Of a stretch of DNA of 64,000 nucleotides, positions 10,878-23,860 are shown piece after piece. Numbering within the stretch: position 1 is the first letter of the stretch; each line of letters opens with the position of its first letter. The notes beneath the pieces were generated by a model, which saw only the letters and a program-made list of their open reading frames with translations, did no database searches and was not told the DNA's origin. Made by a program: the position numbers and the translations under genes. The DNA lies in NCBI GenBank assembly GCA_040756235.1, contig JBFLZG010000114.1, forward strand, positions 64,001 through 128,000, given 5' to 3'. Source of the stretch: a bacterium (lineage in GTDB: Bacteria > Desulfobacterota > DSWW01).

Positions 10878-11401
10878 TGCAGGGGGCCCTTGAGGAGGCG
10901 TACATCGTCGATCCAGGCCGTGCCCTTTCCCTCGACGACCAGGTTGAGCTTGATCCTGTCCGGCTTCTCGCCCTTCTTCAGGAAAAAGGGCGTCTCCTCG
11001 GTCGTCCAGTCGGTCGTTCCCGTGAGCGGGGACTGGAGGCCGCGGGAAAAGAACTCCCCCTGTCCGGGGAAGTGGCACCACATCTCCAGGAAGACTTTCC
11101 CCTCCGCGAGCTCTGTCCGGACCCGCGCCTGGTAGATGAGCCGAGCCTCCTCGACTTCGATTCCGGCTACTTCGTAAAGTCGAACGACCGTGGGCTCCGC
11201 CGCATCGATGCGCAGGGAGCCGTTGCCGTCGCTCGAGGTCTCTCGGTCGAGCCGCACCCCGGATTGAGTGAGCACGCCTTCCTGGCTGTCTACCGGGAAC
11301 CTTCTGAGCTCGGTTGCCTGACCCGAGCTCCGGGTACAGGCGGACAGGAGGGCGAGTGCGGTCAGGCCGGCCAGCAGCGAGGCCCGGATTGCGAAAGGCA
11401 T
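10874..11401 (-). CDS. hypothetical lipoprotein (possible beta-sandwich fold)
   Basis: Lipobox LLSAC; C-terminal G.GTAWIDDVRL; RBS GAGAAAG. Confidence 0.7.
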   Translation of the reverse strand: MPFAIRASLLAGLTALALLSACTRSSGQATELRRFPVDSQEGVLTQSGVRLDRETSSDGNGSLRIDAAEPTVVRLYEVAGIEVEEARLIYQARVRTELAEGKVFLEMWCHFPGQGEFFSRGLQSPLTGTTDWTTEETPFFLKKGEKPDRIKLNLVVEGKGTAWIDDVRLLKGPLQ

Positions 11402-11467
11402 GACTTTCTCCTCATGTTCTTCGAAGGCTTCCCTTTCTCCTTTTCCCTTTCCCCTTTGACCTGTCCT

Positions 11468-11875
11468 TCAGTCCTTCGTCAGGAGGGCCGGACAGGAGGT
11501 CGTTTCCTGGCTCTGGGCCTCCCGGATCGCAACGAGATAGATCTCGCCGTCCGAGAGGTTCTTCAAGGCGTGCTCGACTCCGGGCAGGATCTCGAAGAGC
11601 GCCGGACCGCGGCCCTCGACGGCGATCTCCTGAACGTCCCCGTTCCGCCCGGATCGCCAGGCGAGCCGGGCGGGCCCGCCGAACATGAGCAGCCATTCAC
11701 GGGCGTGCGGGTGAAGGTGGTTGCCCCGGACCGAGCCCGGGAGCAAGGAGACGACGTGCAGATCTCCCAGCGATTCCGCGCTCTGGCCGGAAGCTTCGAG
11801 GAGATCGACCCGCCATCCTCGCGGATCTTTCTCTCCGGGACCGACGGATGGATGAAGCAGCCTGACGCCTTCCAA
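11468..11875 (-). CDS. cupin (WxcM/CapF C-terminal-like)
   Basis: RGNHLHPHAREW and PGVEHALKN cupin motifs; TTG start overlapping region is compact. Confidence 0.7.
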   Translation of the reverse strand: MEGVRLLHPSVGPGEKDPRGWRVDLLEASGQSAESLGDLHVVSLLPGSVRGNHLHPHAREWLLMFGGPARLAWRSGRNGDVQEIAVEGRGPALFEILPGVEHALKNLSDGEIYLVAIREAQSQETTSCPALLTKD

Positions 11876-11896
11876 GGACCGTTCCTTTCGTATCCG

Positions 11897-12883
11897 TCAT
11901 GAGAAGGAGAGAACGATCTTGCCCGTGTTCTCGTTCTTCTCCATGCGCAAAGTGGCCTCGTGAACCCTGTCGAAGGGGAACACGGAGTCGACCACCGGCC
12001 GCAGCCGGCCGGAGTCGAAGTGGGGGAGGACGTCATGGGCAAAGGCGCGGGTGGCCGAGATCTTCTCCTCGAGGGGCCGAGAACGGAAGACCGTTCCGAT
12101 GATGCGGAGCCGCTTGGTGAGGACCGTCGCAAGGGGGGTCTCGGCAGAGGCGCCGCTCATCAGACCGAACAGGATGAGCGTGCCGCCCGCACGGAGCAAG
12201 GCGAGGTGTTGCCTCCAGTAAGCTGCGCCCACCGTATCCAGGACGAGGTCCAGCGCGTGCGGGCCGAATTCCTTCTCCACCACCGCCTGAAAACCTTCTT
12301 CTCTATAGTTCACGGCCCGGAACGGCGCGATTCGACCCATTCTCTCCAGCTTCTCCGCACTGCCGGCCGTTCCGACGGCCCGGGCTCCCCAGAGATGGAC
12401 GAGCTGCAGGGCCGCGCTCCCGACCCCCCCGGCAACGGAGTGGACCAGAACGAGGTCGCCAGGCCTCAACCCGCCCTGGGTCACCAGGGCGTCGTGCGCG
12501 GCCAGGAAGGCCTCCGGCACCGCCGCGGCTTCGACGTCGGACAGCCTCTCGGGCACCGAAACGGCCAGTCGCTGATGGGTGACTACTTGATCCGCGTAGG
12601 CGCCTCCGGGCACCACGCCGAAGACGCGCTCCCCTCCTTTCCACTCCGTGACGCGCTCGCCGATCTGATCGATCCTGCCGACGAACTCGAGTCCCGGAAC
12701 GTCGGCAGGGGCGCCCGGCGGGGCCGGATAGAGGCCGCGGCGCTGCAGGAGGTCGGCGCGGTTCAGGGCGGCAGCCGAGACCCGGACGCGAATCCACTCG
12801 CCCGTGGCCGCGAGCTCCGGCCTCTCACGGATCTCGAGTCGTTCGACCTCGGCACCGAACTGTGAGATCACGGCGCACCGCAT
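11897..12883 (-). CDS. NAD(P)H-quinone oxidoreductase, PIG3 family
   Basis: LNRADLLQRRGLYP.PPGA..VPGLE, GGVGSAA, TGKIVL; ATG at 12883 (MRCAV). Confidence 0.9.
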   Translation of the reverse strand: MRCAVISQFGAEVERLEIRERPELAATGEWIRVRVSAAALNRADLLQRRGLYPAPPGAPADVPGLEFVGRIDQIGERVTEWKGGERVFGVVPGGAYADQVVTHQRLAVSVPERLSDVEAAAVPEAFLAAHDALVTQGGLRPGDLVLVHSVAGGVGSAALQLVHLWGARAVGTAGSAEKLERMGRIAPFRAVNYREEGFQAVVEKEFGPHALDLVLDTVGAAYWRQHLALLRAGGTLILFGLMSGASAETPLATVLTKRLRIIGTVFRSRPLEEKISATRAFAHDVLPHFDSGRLRPVVDSVFPFDRVHEATLRMEKNENTGKIVLSFS

Positions 12884-12920
12884 GGACGTCCTCCGCGGAG
12901 ACGGCCCGAAGGCAAGGCGG

Positions 12921-12950
12921 CGTATGGGCGAAAAATTTTTCGCCCATACG
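12921..12950. repeat. REP-like perfect palindrome
   Basis: CGTATGGGCGAAAAA|TTTTTCGCCCATACG, 30 bp. Confidence 0.8.
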
Positions 12951-12975
12951 GTACGCCTGTTCTTTCGAGGGCCTG

Positions 12976-14040
12976 CTACTCTAGCCGGACGCACCAGCCA
13001 TACCGGTCCGGTCTTTCCCCGTATTGGATGCCCGTGATCTCCTCGTAGAGCTTGTGGGCGATGGGGCCGGTCTTGCCGCCGTGGACGGTGATCGTCCTGT
13101 CCTTGTGCTGGATCAGACCCACGGGAGAGATCACGGCCGCGGTTCCGGTGCCGAATGCTTCCTGCAGCCTCCCGTCCCGGGCTGCGTCCAGGATCTCCTC
13201 GATCGAGATCCTGCGCTCCTCCACGGGGATGCCCCAGTCGCGGGCGATCTCGATGACCGAAGTCCGGGTCACGCCTTGCAGGATGGTTCCCTCCAGGGCG
13301 GGCGTGACCAGGCGTCCGTCCAGGCAGAAGAACATGTTCATCGTGCCGACTTCCTCGACGTAGCGCCTTTCGTTCGCATCGAGCCACAGGATCTGGGAGA
13401 AGCCTTTCTGGATGGCCTCCTGGGCGGCCAGAAGGGTGGCCGCATAGTTGGCCGGCGTCTTGGCCATCCCCAGACCCCCCTTGGCGGCCCGGATGTATTC
13501 CGTGGAGGTGATCAGACTGACCGGATTGACTCCCTCCTTGTAGTAGAGCCCCACGGGAGAGGTGATGATCATGTACCGGTAGGACTTGGACACCTTCACG
13601 CCGAGGTAGCTGTCCGAGGCAATGATGAAAGGCCTGATGTAAAGGGAATAGCCCCTCTTCTTCGGGATCCATGCTTTGTCGATCGTCAGGAGCGTCTTCA
13701 GAGGGGTGATGAAGGCGTCGTACTCGGTCTCCGGAATGCAGAGCCTCCGGCAGGAGCGGTTGAATCTCTCGTGGTATTTCTCGGGACGGAAGAGCTGGAC
13801 GATGCCCTTTTCCGTCCGGAACGCCTTCAGGCCTTCGAAGACCATCTGCCCGTAATGGAGACAGCACATCGAAGGCAGAACGTCCATGGGACCGAAAGGG
13901 ACGATCCGCGGAGTTCGCCAGGTTCCCGCCTGGTAGTCCATGACGAACATGTGATCCGAGAAGATTTCACCGAACCCGAGATTCTCGAGATCGGTGGAAG
14001 TGATCCTGCTGGAGCGCACCCTCTGGATTTCAAGGTCCAC
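12976..14040 (-). CDS. ilvE: branched-chain amino acid aminotransferase
   Basis: LHYGQMVFEGLKA, LYIRP, AKT.ANY, EEVGTMN, ILQGVTR, GTGTAAVISPV. Confidence 0.95.
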   Translation of the reverse strand: MDLEIQRVRSSRITSTDLENLGFGEIFSDHMFVMDYQAGTWRTPRIVPFGPMDVLPSMCCLHYGQMVFEGLKAFRTEKGIVQLFRPEKYHERFNRSCRRLCIPETEYDAFITPLKTLLTIDKAWIPKKRGYSLYIRPFIIASDSYLGVKVSKSYRYMIITSPVGLYYKEGVNPVSLITSTEYIRAAKGGLGMAKTPANYAATLLAAQEAIQKGFSQILWLDANERRYVEEVGTMNMFFCLDGRLVTPALEGTILQGVTRTSVIEIARDWGIPVEERRISIEEILDAARDGRLQEAFGTGTAAVISPVGLIQHKDRTITVHGGKTGPIAHKLYEEITGIQYGERPDRYGWCVRLE

Positions 14041-14186
14041 GACTTTCCTCCAAGCTTGGCGGTTGCGCGTATCGCGAAGGAGAAGGAAGATCCCCCCGGA
14101 ATCTCGCTTCTGGCTGGCGGCTGCCGACGAATTGCCATAGAATAAATCCTTTAATGGAGGACTGCAAACGCCGTGGAGGATGAGCG

Positions 14187-14648
14187 ATGCTCCTGTACGT
14201 GGTGCGCCATGGAGAGGCCCAACCGCAGCAGGCGGACCCGGGCTTGACGGAGAATGGGAAGAAAAACGTGCAGAAGATTGCGGAGTTCCTTCAGGGGATG
14301 GGGGTCCTTGTGGAGAGCATCGAGGAGAGCGGGAGGAAGAGGGCGAGCCAGACGGCAGCCATCATGGCCGCGGCCCTCACTCCCGGCCGGATGGCGGCGC
14401 GGGCGGGCGGTCTGGGGCCCAATGACCCCGTGGATCCGGTAGCCGAGCGCCTCGAGTCCGAGGCCGCGGACCGCATGCTGGTCGGTCACCTTCCCTTCCT
14501 GGCTCGCCTGGTTTCACGGTTGCTGCTCGGCAGGGAGGATCCGGAGATCTTCCTGTTTCAACCGGCAGGAACGATCTGCCTGGAGCGAGGTGCCAACCTG
14601 CGCTGGACCATGCGGTGGATGATCGGTCCTGACATGCTGTCGACCTGA
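14187..14648 (+). CDS. sixA: phosphohistidine phosphatase SixA
   Basis: LYVVRHGEA, RA.QTA, MLVGHLP. Confidence 0.88.
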   Translation: MLLYVVRHGEAQPQQADPGLTENGKKNVQKIAEFLQGMGVLVESIEESGRKRASQTAAIMAAALTPGRMAARAGGLGPNDPVDPVAERLESEAADRMLVGHLPFLARLVSRLLLGREDPEIFLFQPAGTICLERGANLRWTMRWMIGPDMLST

Positions 14649-14665
14649 GATCGAAAGCCGGCCGC

Positions 14666-15268
14666 ATGGAATCTGCCACGCCGTGCCGCTCAGCGGCTGC
14701 CTCCGTCACGCTCTACACGGTGGGCCATTCCACCCGCACGTGGGAAGAGCTCGTCGATCTCCTGCATTCCTTCGACATCCGGTGCGTATGGGACGTCCGG
14801 CGCTACCCGGGATCGAGGCGATTCCCCCAGTTCGAGCGCGCGCACATGGAGACGGCACTGCCGCGGGAGGAGATCGCCTACCAGTGGGCAGAGGCGCTCG
14901 GCGGCCGGCGCCGCAGCACGGCCGGCGCGAGTTCTCCCAACCAGGGGCTGGAGAGCCCGGGCCTGCGCGCCTATGCGGACCACATGGCGACCGATCTCTT
15001 CCGCCAGGCGGTTCAAAGGCTCGTGGCTCGCGCCGCAGCCACCTGCTCATCGGTCCTGTGCGCGGAGCGGCTCTACTGGAAGTGCCACAGAAGGCTGCTG
15101 AGCGATTACCTGACCTCGCTCGGGGTCCATGTCGTGCACCTCGTCGAAGCCGGCCGCTGCGTCGAGCATGTCCTCACGCCGGGCGTGGTGCTTCAGCCGG
15201 GCGGCGGAGTCCTGTACCTTTGCCGTTCCCGGGGCGGCGGCCCGCATGCGGGCGGCCTGTTCGGCTGA
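14666..15268 (+). CDS. DUF488 family protein
   Basis: YTVGHSTR, DVRRYPGSRR.PQF, LGGRR, YADHM, CAE..YWKCHRRLLSD. Confidence 0.88.
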   Translation: MESATPCRSAAASVTLYTVGHSTRTWEELVDLLHSFDIRCVWDVRRYPGSRRFPQFERAHMETALPREEIAYQWAEALGGRRRSTAGASSPNQGLESPGLRAYADHMATDLFRQAVQRLVARAAATCSSVLCAERLYWKCHRRLLSDYLTSLGVHVVHLVEAGRCVEHVLTPGVVLQPGGGVLYLCRSRGGGPHAGGLFG

Positions 15269-15358
15269 GCCCCGTGTCAGGGCTTGTGCCGGTTTTGGGA
15301 CAGGCTCTAGTTGGCTGCGGCTCCCTCGTCGGGCCCCCTCCGGCTCCCTCCTCGCTCC

Positions 15359-15386
15359 TTGACAAGGGACCGGGGGTCCGTATCAT
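15359..15386 (+). promoter_or_regulatory. sigma70-type promoter
   Basis: TTGACA-N16-TATCAT upstream of htrA. Confidence 0.6.
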
Positions 15387-15439
15387 GAAAACTTCCCTGA
15401 ATGCCTGCCTGAAGTGAATCCAGGGCACCGAAGGGGCTC

Positions 15440-16918
15440 ATGTCCGCGATCTCGAAGGGCTTCTACAAACATTTGCGTCCTGGGGAGCGGCGCCGGCCGG
15501 CGCCTGGTGAGCGCTCGGCCGTACGGCTCTGCCGCACCCTTGCCGCGGCTTGGCTGATCCTCAATGCGCTGCCGGGGACGGCCGCAGCCGCGGAGCCCGT
15601 ACCCGTGTCCCGCCGGAGCCCGGTCGTGGAGCTGGTCGACCGCTGCAGCCCGGCCGTGGTCAACATCTCGACCGAAACCGAGGAGGCCCAGCCCGCGTAT
15701 CCCTTTCTGGGAGGGCCGAGAGACCCGGTGCTGGACGAATTCTTCAACCGGTTCTTTGCTCCGCAGCGGGAAAGGCCGTTCCAGCGGAGAAGCCTCGGTT
15801 CCGGGGTGCTGATCGACGGAAAGGGACACGTACTGACCAACTACCACGTGGTGCTCAAGGCGAGCCGGATCCATGCGACGCTGGTCTCCGGCAAGGAGTA
15901 TCCGGCAGACCTCGTGGGTAGCGATCCGGGTTCGGACCTGGCGGTCCTGCGCATCACCCTCGAGCATGGGGTGAACCCGGTCCCGCTGGGCACCTCTTCG
16001 GATCTCATGATCGGCGAGACCGTCGTTGCGATCGGAAATCCCTTCGGCCTTTCGCACACCGTCACCACGGGAGTCATCAGTGCGCTCAACCGATCGGTGC
16101 AGGTGGCGGACCAGGTGTACGAGGACTTCATCCAGACCGATGCGGCCATCAACCCCGGGAACAGCGGCGGGCCGCTCCTCAACATCCGGGGGGAGCTCAT
16201 CGGGATCAACACCGCCATTCATGGCGATGCCCAGGGAATCGGGTTCGCCATCCCGGTGGATCGAGCCCGCCGCATCGTGGAAGAGCTGCTCCTGTACGGA
16301 GAGGTTCAACCGGTCTGGTTCGGCATGGAGCTGCAGGAGCTGAGCCCTGAAGTGGCCAAGTACCTGGGGTTCGGTGAGAAAGGGGGCATTCTGGTTTCCG
16401 AGGTGCACCCCGATGGTCCGGCGGCCAGGGGCGGCTTGCAGGTGCGGGACGTGCTCGTCTCGAGCGGCGACAGTCCTCTGACTTCGGCCTCCGAGTACTG
16501 GAGGGTCATGCAGCAGATCCGCGCCAACCAGGAGGTGGTCTTCAGGATATTCCGCCAGGGCCGTCTCTTCCCCGTGAGACTCAAGGCGGAGGCCATGCCC
16601 GAAGAACAGATCGACGGCCTCTCTCTCCGGCTGCTGGGGGTCCGCCTGGCGGAGATCGCTGCCGTGCAGGGGGCCGCGCCGCAGTCCGCCGGGCAAGGGC
16701 TGGTGATCGATGCGGTCGTCAGGGGCAGCCAGGCGGACCAGATCGGGCTCAGGCCGGGGGACTTCGTCCTCAAGATCAACGATCACGGTTTGGGGAGCCT
16801 CAAGGACTTTCGCCACGAGCTTGCCCGTCTTCGGTGCCGGCCGAACGTCTCCCTGCAGGTCCTCAGAGGGAGATACCTCTACTACGTGACCCTGGATCTG
16901 AAGGGCTTTTCCTCTTGA
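15440..16918 (+). CDS. Do/HtrA family serine protease with two PDZ domains
   Basis: SLGSGV, TNYHVV, DLAV, QTDAAINPGNSGGPL. True start may be slightly downstream. Confidence 0.92.
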   Translation: MSAISKGFYKHLRPGERRRPAPGERSAVRLCRTLAAAWLILNALPGTAAAAEPVPVSRRSPVVELVDRCSPAVVNISTETEEAQPAYPFLGGPRDPVLDEFFNRFFAPQRERPFQRRSLGSGVLIDGKGHVLTNYHVVLKASRIHATLVSGKEYPADLVGSDPGSDLAVLRITLEHGVNPVPLGTSSDLMIGETVVAIGNPFGLSHTVTTGVISALNRSVQVADQVYEDFIQTDAAINPGNSGGPLLNIRGELIGINTAIHGDAQGIGFAIPVDRARRIVEELLLYGEVQPVWFGMELQELSPEVAKYLGFGEKGGILVSEVHPDGPAARGGLQVRDVLVSSGDSPLTSASEYWRVMQQIRANQEVVFRIFRQGRLFPVRLKAEAMPEEQIDGLSLRLLGVRLAEIAAVQGAAPQSAGQGLVIDAVVRGSQADQIGLRPGDFVLKINDHGLGSLKDFRHELARLRCRPNVSLQVLRGRYLYYVTLDLKGFSS

Positions 16919-16996
16919 TTTCCAAGAGATTGTTGTTAACTTACTGCATCGGTTTCGGAAGCCGCAGATGATTTCTGCCATTCGGTGCGCAAGCGC

Positions 16997-18515
<1,519 letters not shown>

Positions 18516-18773
18516 GGGCCCGTTCCGAGAGCCCGTCCGCAAGAGGCTCTCCGCCAGGCCGGTCGAATCGTTCCCGTAGGGCACGCAAAGGGGTCGTCTG
18601 TTGCCAGAGATCCTGATGCCTTCTTAGACAGAATGAATCGAGTACAGTGATCGCGACAGTTGCGCCGCAACGCCACCAGGGACGAGCGGAGCGCGGCACC
18701 GAGACGTGTTTCGCTGCCTGCCTCACCTCATCTGACCTTTCCACCGACTGCCACTCGAACAGGAGAGGAGCAC

Positions 18774-19483
<710 letters not shown>

Positions 19484-19487
<4 letters not shown>

Positions 19488-20272
19488 AGGCGCTGGCGGA
19501 CGTCTTTCACGTGGCAGGCAGAGAGCTGCGCTCCTATTTCGTTTCCCCGATCGCCTACGTGGTGCTGACCGGCTATGTCGTTCTGTCGGGCTGGTTCTTC
19601 TTCAATTTGCTGGTCCAGTTCAATCGCGTCCTCGGCATGTACGAGATGATGCGAAGGCAGGACGTGGCGATGCAGATGAACCTGAACGACATGGTCATGA
19701 CGCCGCTCTTCTACAACATGACCATCGTTCTGCTCATCATGATTCCGCTCATCACCATGCGCCTTTTCGCAGAGGAAAAGAAGCTCAAGACAGATGAGCT
19801 GCTGCTCACCTCCCCCCTCTCGATTCAGTCGATCGTCACAGGCAAGTATCTGGCGAGCCTGTGCTTTTTCGTCCTCATCCTGCTGCTCACCGGGATCTAC
19901 CCGTGGATCCTCTTCCACTACGGCTCCCCTGCGCCGGAGGCCGGTTCCATCCTGGCGGGCTACCTCGGGCTGTTCCTGCTGGGATCTTCCTTCATCGCCG
20001 TGGGGCTGTTTGCCTCGTCTTTGACCGAGAACCAGATCGTGGCGGCCGTGATCTGTTTCGTCACCCTGCTGCTCTTCTTCGTCATCGGATGGCCGGCCGA
20101 GACGGTAGGCTCGACCCCCGGCAAGGTGCTCCAATATCTCTCCCTCATCGAGCACTTCAATGATTTTCCGAAGGGCCTCATCGAAAGCCGGCACCTCGTG
20201 TTCTTCGTGAGCTTCATCCTGTTTGCGCTCTTTCTCACCAAGCGATCCATTGAATCGTTCAGATGGAGGTAG
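19484..20272 (+). CDS. ABC-2 permease (GldF-like)
   Basis: ELRSYFVSPIAY, P.ITMRLFAEEK...TDELLLTSP, SSLTENQIVA; several TM segments. Confidence 0.9.
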
Positions 20273-20278
20273 GATCCC

Positions 20279-21820
20279 ATGAAGAAGTCGAGCCAGATTG
20301 CCGGGCTTTGCGGATTCCTCCTGCTCCTGTTCGGAGTGGCGGAATTTCTTTTCACGAGGCAGTTTTCCCTGTACACGGGGATTCACCTGGGCGGGGGAGC
20401 TGTCCTGGTCGTCTTCAGCCTGATCTTCAACCTGGGGGGGGTCTGGTCCACCCTGGGCGAGCGCTCCACGCGCTACGGCGCGAATGCGGTCCTGTACACG
20501 GCCGTGTTTCTGGCGATCCTGGGCCTCCTCAACTTCGTTTCCAACGCCCATTCCTGGCGCAAAGACCTGACGGAAGGGGGGGTGTTCAGCCTCTCCGATC
20601 AGAGCCAGAAGATCCTGGAGAACCTCAAAGAGGACGTGGAGGTGCTGGCTTTCTTCGAGATGGCGAAAGGCAGCAAGCTCGAAGACCTTCTGAAGAACTA
20701 CGGCAACGCCTCCAAACGCTTTCGCTACGAGTTCATCGATCCGGTCAAACATCCGGAAAAGGCGAAGCAGTACGAAATCACGCAAAGTGAGATTCTCGTC
20801 GTGAAGAGCGGCGACCGGACCAACAAGATCACGGGCACGGCGGAAGAAGACATCACCAATGCCATTCTCAAGGTTTCCAAGCAGGAGCAGAAGAAGATCT
20901 ACTTCCTCGCCGGACATGGAGAGCCCGCGCTGAACAACCAGGAGCAGAACGGATACGAGATCGTCCGCAAAGCGCTCGAAAACGAGAACTACCAGGTGAG
21001 CGAGCTGAAGCTGTTCATGCAGGAGAACGTCCCTCAGGATTGTACGGTCCTCGTTCTCGCCGGCTCCCAGAAGAGCCTGGAGCCGAGTGAGCTGGACGCG
21101 ATCCAGCGCTACCTCGACCAGGGCGGAAACGCTCTGTTCCTGCTGGACCCGGGGGGATCGCCCGGGATCGCTCCGTTCCTGGCGAAATGGGGCGTCAAGG
21201 TCGGTGACGATGCAGTCGTGGATCAGGTCTTCCGCCTCTTCCAGGGGCCCTCGTTGGGGGTCGACCCTATCGTCGAGGAGTTCGGATCGCATGAGATCGT
21301 GAAAGATTTCCAGGGCCAGGTCATCTTCCATCTGGTCCGCTCGGTGCAGCCCGAAAACGATATTCCGCAGGGGGTCAACGTGGTCTCCCTGGCCAAGACG
21401 AGCCCCAAGAGCTGGGCCGAGACGGACCTGGCAAGCCTCTTCCAGAAGGGGGAGGTCGCCCATACGGCCGATGACCTGTCCGGGCCCGTCTCCGTTGCCG
21501 TCGCCCTCACGGCCGAGCGGCAGGGAAGCGAGCAAGGGGAAGGCGAGGAGGGCAAGGAAGCCAAGATCGTCGTGTTCGGCGATTCGGACTTCGTCGGCAA
21601 CCGCAACATCGGGAACATGTACAATGCGGACCTTTTCCTGAACACGGTCAACTGGCTGGCCGGCGAGGAAGAGTTCATCTCCATCCGGCCCAAGGCGACG
21701 CGCGGCTCCAGAGTGGCCATGACGCCTCAGCAGACCAGAGACATCTTCTACTTCTCCGTGCTCATTCTGCCTGAAGCCCTGCTGCTGTTCGGGCTCGCCA
21801 TCTGGTGGCGAAGGAGGTAA
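20279..21820 (+). CDS. GldG-like ABC auxiliary component
   Basis: DLT....FSLSDQS, YFLAGHGE, VVFGDSDF, N.DLFLN.VNWL, C-terminal TM followed by WWRRR. Confidence 0.88.
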   Translation: MKKSSQIAGLCGFLLLLFGVAEFLFTRQFSLYTGIHLGGGAVLVVFSLIFNLGGVWSTLGERSTRYGANAVLYTAVFLAILGLLNFVSNAHSWRKDLTEGGVFSLSDQSQKILENLKEDVEVLAFFEMAKGSKLEDLLKNYGNASKRFRYEFIDPVKHPEKAKQYEITQSEILVVKSGDRTNKITGTAEEDITNAILKVSKQEQKKIYFLAGHGEPALNNQEQNGYEIVRKALENENYQVSELKLFMQENVPQDCTVLVLAGSQKSLEPSELDAIQRYLDQGGNALFLLDPGGSPGIAPFLAKWGVKVGDDAVVDQVFRLFQGPSLGVDPIVEEFGSHEIVKDFQGQVIFHLVRSVQPENDIPQGVNVVSLAKTSPKSWAETDLASLFQKGEVAHTADDLSGPVSVAVALTAERQGSEQGEGEEGKEAKIVVFGDSDFVGNRNIGNMYNADLFLNTVNWLAGEEEFISIRPKATRGSRVAMTPQQTRDIFYFSVLILPEALLLFGLAIWWRRR

Positions 21821-21827
21821 GGGGACC

Positions 21828-23753
21828 ATGAAGTTCCGGACGACCGTGCTGGCTGCCCTGCTGCTCGCCCTGGTCGGGGCTTACGTGTACTATTTCGAGT
21901 ACAAGAAGCCTCAGGAGAAGAAGAGCCGGGAGGAGAAGGAGAAGGCCGTCTTCGCGCTGGACTGGGACCGACTCTCCGGCCTGAAGATCGAAAACGCCCA
22001 TGGTATTTTCGTCTTTGAGAAACAAGCGGCACAGCAGAAGCCGGAGGAGCCCTCCCCGGGGGCGGCGCAGCAGCAGGAGTGGCGCATCCGGGAGCCGGTG
22101 AAAGCCGATGCGGACAGCACCGGCATGAACAGCCTGGTGAGCTCGCTGAAGGGCCTCCAGACACAGCAGGTGGTTGCCGAGGTTCCGGAAGATCCCGGAG
22201 TCTTCGGCCTCAAGCGGCCCCGATTGAAGGTCCAAGTTCTGCTGAAGGAGGGCGAGTCGCCCCCGCCCCTTCTCATCGGTGACAAGAGCCCGGTCGGCCA
22301 GAACTCCTACGCCATGCGGGAGGGAGAATCTAAGGTCCTGCTGCTCAGTTCCAACCTGGAGACACAGCTGGACAAGCCGCTCATCGACTTCCGGGAAAAA
22401 AGGCTCTTCACTTTCAAGCGCGAAGACGCCGAGCAGCTCCGCATCTACCGCAAGGGCGAGCGCAGTCTGGAGCTGGAGAGAGAGGGCGCCGGGTGGAAGA
22501 TTCGCTATCCGATCGAGGCCCGCGCTTCAGAGACCGAGGTGAACGAGCTCCTCAACAAGCTGACAACCCTCCGGGCTCACTCCTTTGCCGAAGAGGAGGC
22601 GCAGGATCTGAAGGCGTACGGGCTCTCCGATCCGCAGTGGAAGGTGGAGGTTGCCCTGGCCCCGGATCACGCGCTGGCCACCCTCCTGTTGGGAGAGGCA
22701 CGCGGCGGTGAAGAGAAGACGGGGACCATCTACGCGAAACGGGCCGAGAGGCCGGCGGTCGTCACCCTGCAGAGCGATCTGACCCAGACCCTCGAGCGAG
22801 AGCCGGAAGAGTTCCGGGAGAAGAAGGTCTTCCCGTTCAATACCTGGGAAGTGGCCAAGGCGGAGCTCGAATGGAAGGGTCAGAAGGCGACCCTTGTCAA
22901 AGCAGAGGGCAATCGCTGGCGCATCACGGATCCGATCCAGGCCAGGGCAGACTCCGGGAAAGTCTCCTCCCTGCTGACGACCCTGAGCCGCCTGGAGGCG
23001 GATTCCTTTATCGAGGCCCCGGCGACGGACAGCGGCCTGGCCGACTACGGACTCGCAGACCCGATCGCCAAGATGACGCTGCACAAGGAGGCGGAGAGGG
23101 AAGAACCGCAGGAGGAGGGGGAGGAGAAGGAAGAACAGCCGGAAGGGCAGGCTGAAGAGGGGTTTTTCAAGCTGGGAACGCTCCTTCTGGGCAAGGTCAC
23201 GGCAGACGGCACGGAGAAGTGGTTTGCCGCGGTCGAAGGAGTCGGCACCGTCTTTTCCGTCCCGTCCGATCCGCTGCGGAGCGAGCTGCCCGGCGACGTG
23301 GAGGAGCTGCGGGACCACAAGCTTCTGAGCTTCTACAGATATCAGGTCGACTCCCTGGAGTCCCGGGGACCCGCCGGCACGTTCGCCCTCGCGCGCAAAG
23401 GGGAGGGCTGGGAAATCGAGAAAGGGGGATCCGGCAAGGCGGAAGACAAGAGCGTGAACCAGCTGCTCGATCTTCTTTCCGGGCTCGAGGTGCGGCGCTA
23501 TGCCGAGGCCGCTCCTGCCGATCTCTCCGGCTACGGGCTGGCCATCCCCGAATACAGAATCTCGATCCGTCAGGAGCAGGAAACAGGAGGCGACGAGACG
23601 CTCGGAGTCCTTCTTCTCGCCGACAGGGGGCCGGAAGGGGAACCGGACCTGGTTTACACCATGGAGGAAGGAGACGGCTGGATCGGGCTCATGGCCAAGG
23701 ACACGAAGGACAAACTGGTGCAGGCACTGGCTCCTTTTGCCCCGAAACCTTGA
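21828..23753 (+). CDS. DUF4340 repeat protein
   Basis: N-terminal TM; three repeats of W.I..P..A.AD...L..L.....L..YGL..P. Confidence 0.85.
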   Translation: MKFRTTVLAALLLALVGAYVYYFEYKKPQEKKSREEKEKAVFALDWDRLSGLKIENAHGIFVFEKQAAQQKPEEPSPGAAQQQEWRIREPVKADADSTGMNSLVSSLKGLQTQQVVAEVPEDPGVFGLKRPRLKVQVLLKEGESPPPLLIGDKSPVGQNSYAMREGESKVLLLSSNLETQLDKPLIDFREKRLFTFKREDAEQLRIYRKGERSLELEREGAGWKIRYPIEARASETEVNELLNKLTTLRAHSFAEEEAQDLKAYGLSDPQWKVEVALAPDHALATLLLGEARGGEEKTGTIYAKRAERPAVVTLQSDLTQTLEREPEEFREKKVFPFNTWEVAKAELEWKGQKATLVKAEGNRWRITDPIQARADSGKVSSLLTTLSRLEADSFIEAPATDSGLADYGLADPIAKMTLHKEAEREEPQEEGEEKEEQPEGQAEEGFFKLGTLLLGKVTADGTEKWFAAVEGVGTVFSVPSDPLRSELPGDVEELRDHKLLSFYRYQVDSLESRGPAGTFALARKGEGWEIEKGGSGKAEDKSVNQLLDLLSGLEVRRYAEAAPADLSGYGLAIPEYRISIRQEQETGGDETLGVLLLADRGPEGEPDLVYTMEEGDGWIGLMAKDTKDKLVQALAPFAPKP

Positions 23754-23778
23754 CTCTCGTGAGGGGGATGCTTACTTT
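23750..23778 (+). promoter_or_regulatory. sigma70-type promoter for dnaK
   Basis: TTGACT-N17-TACTTT. Confidence 0.5.
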
Positions 23779-23860
23779 CACGAAGTCAAAAAATGTAAGA
23801 AAATACGGAAGATCCCCATTCTGAAGCAAGGGACGAATCTTCAAAAAGGAGCTGGTAGAA

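Noticed and set aside
23754..23860. CIRCE or sigma32 promoter before dnaK
   Set aside because: No TTAGCACTC-N9-GAGTGCTAA; a CCCCAT is present but without a properly spaced CTTGAA.
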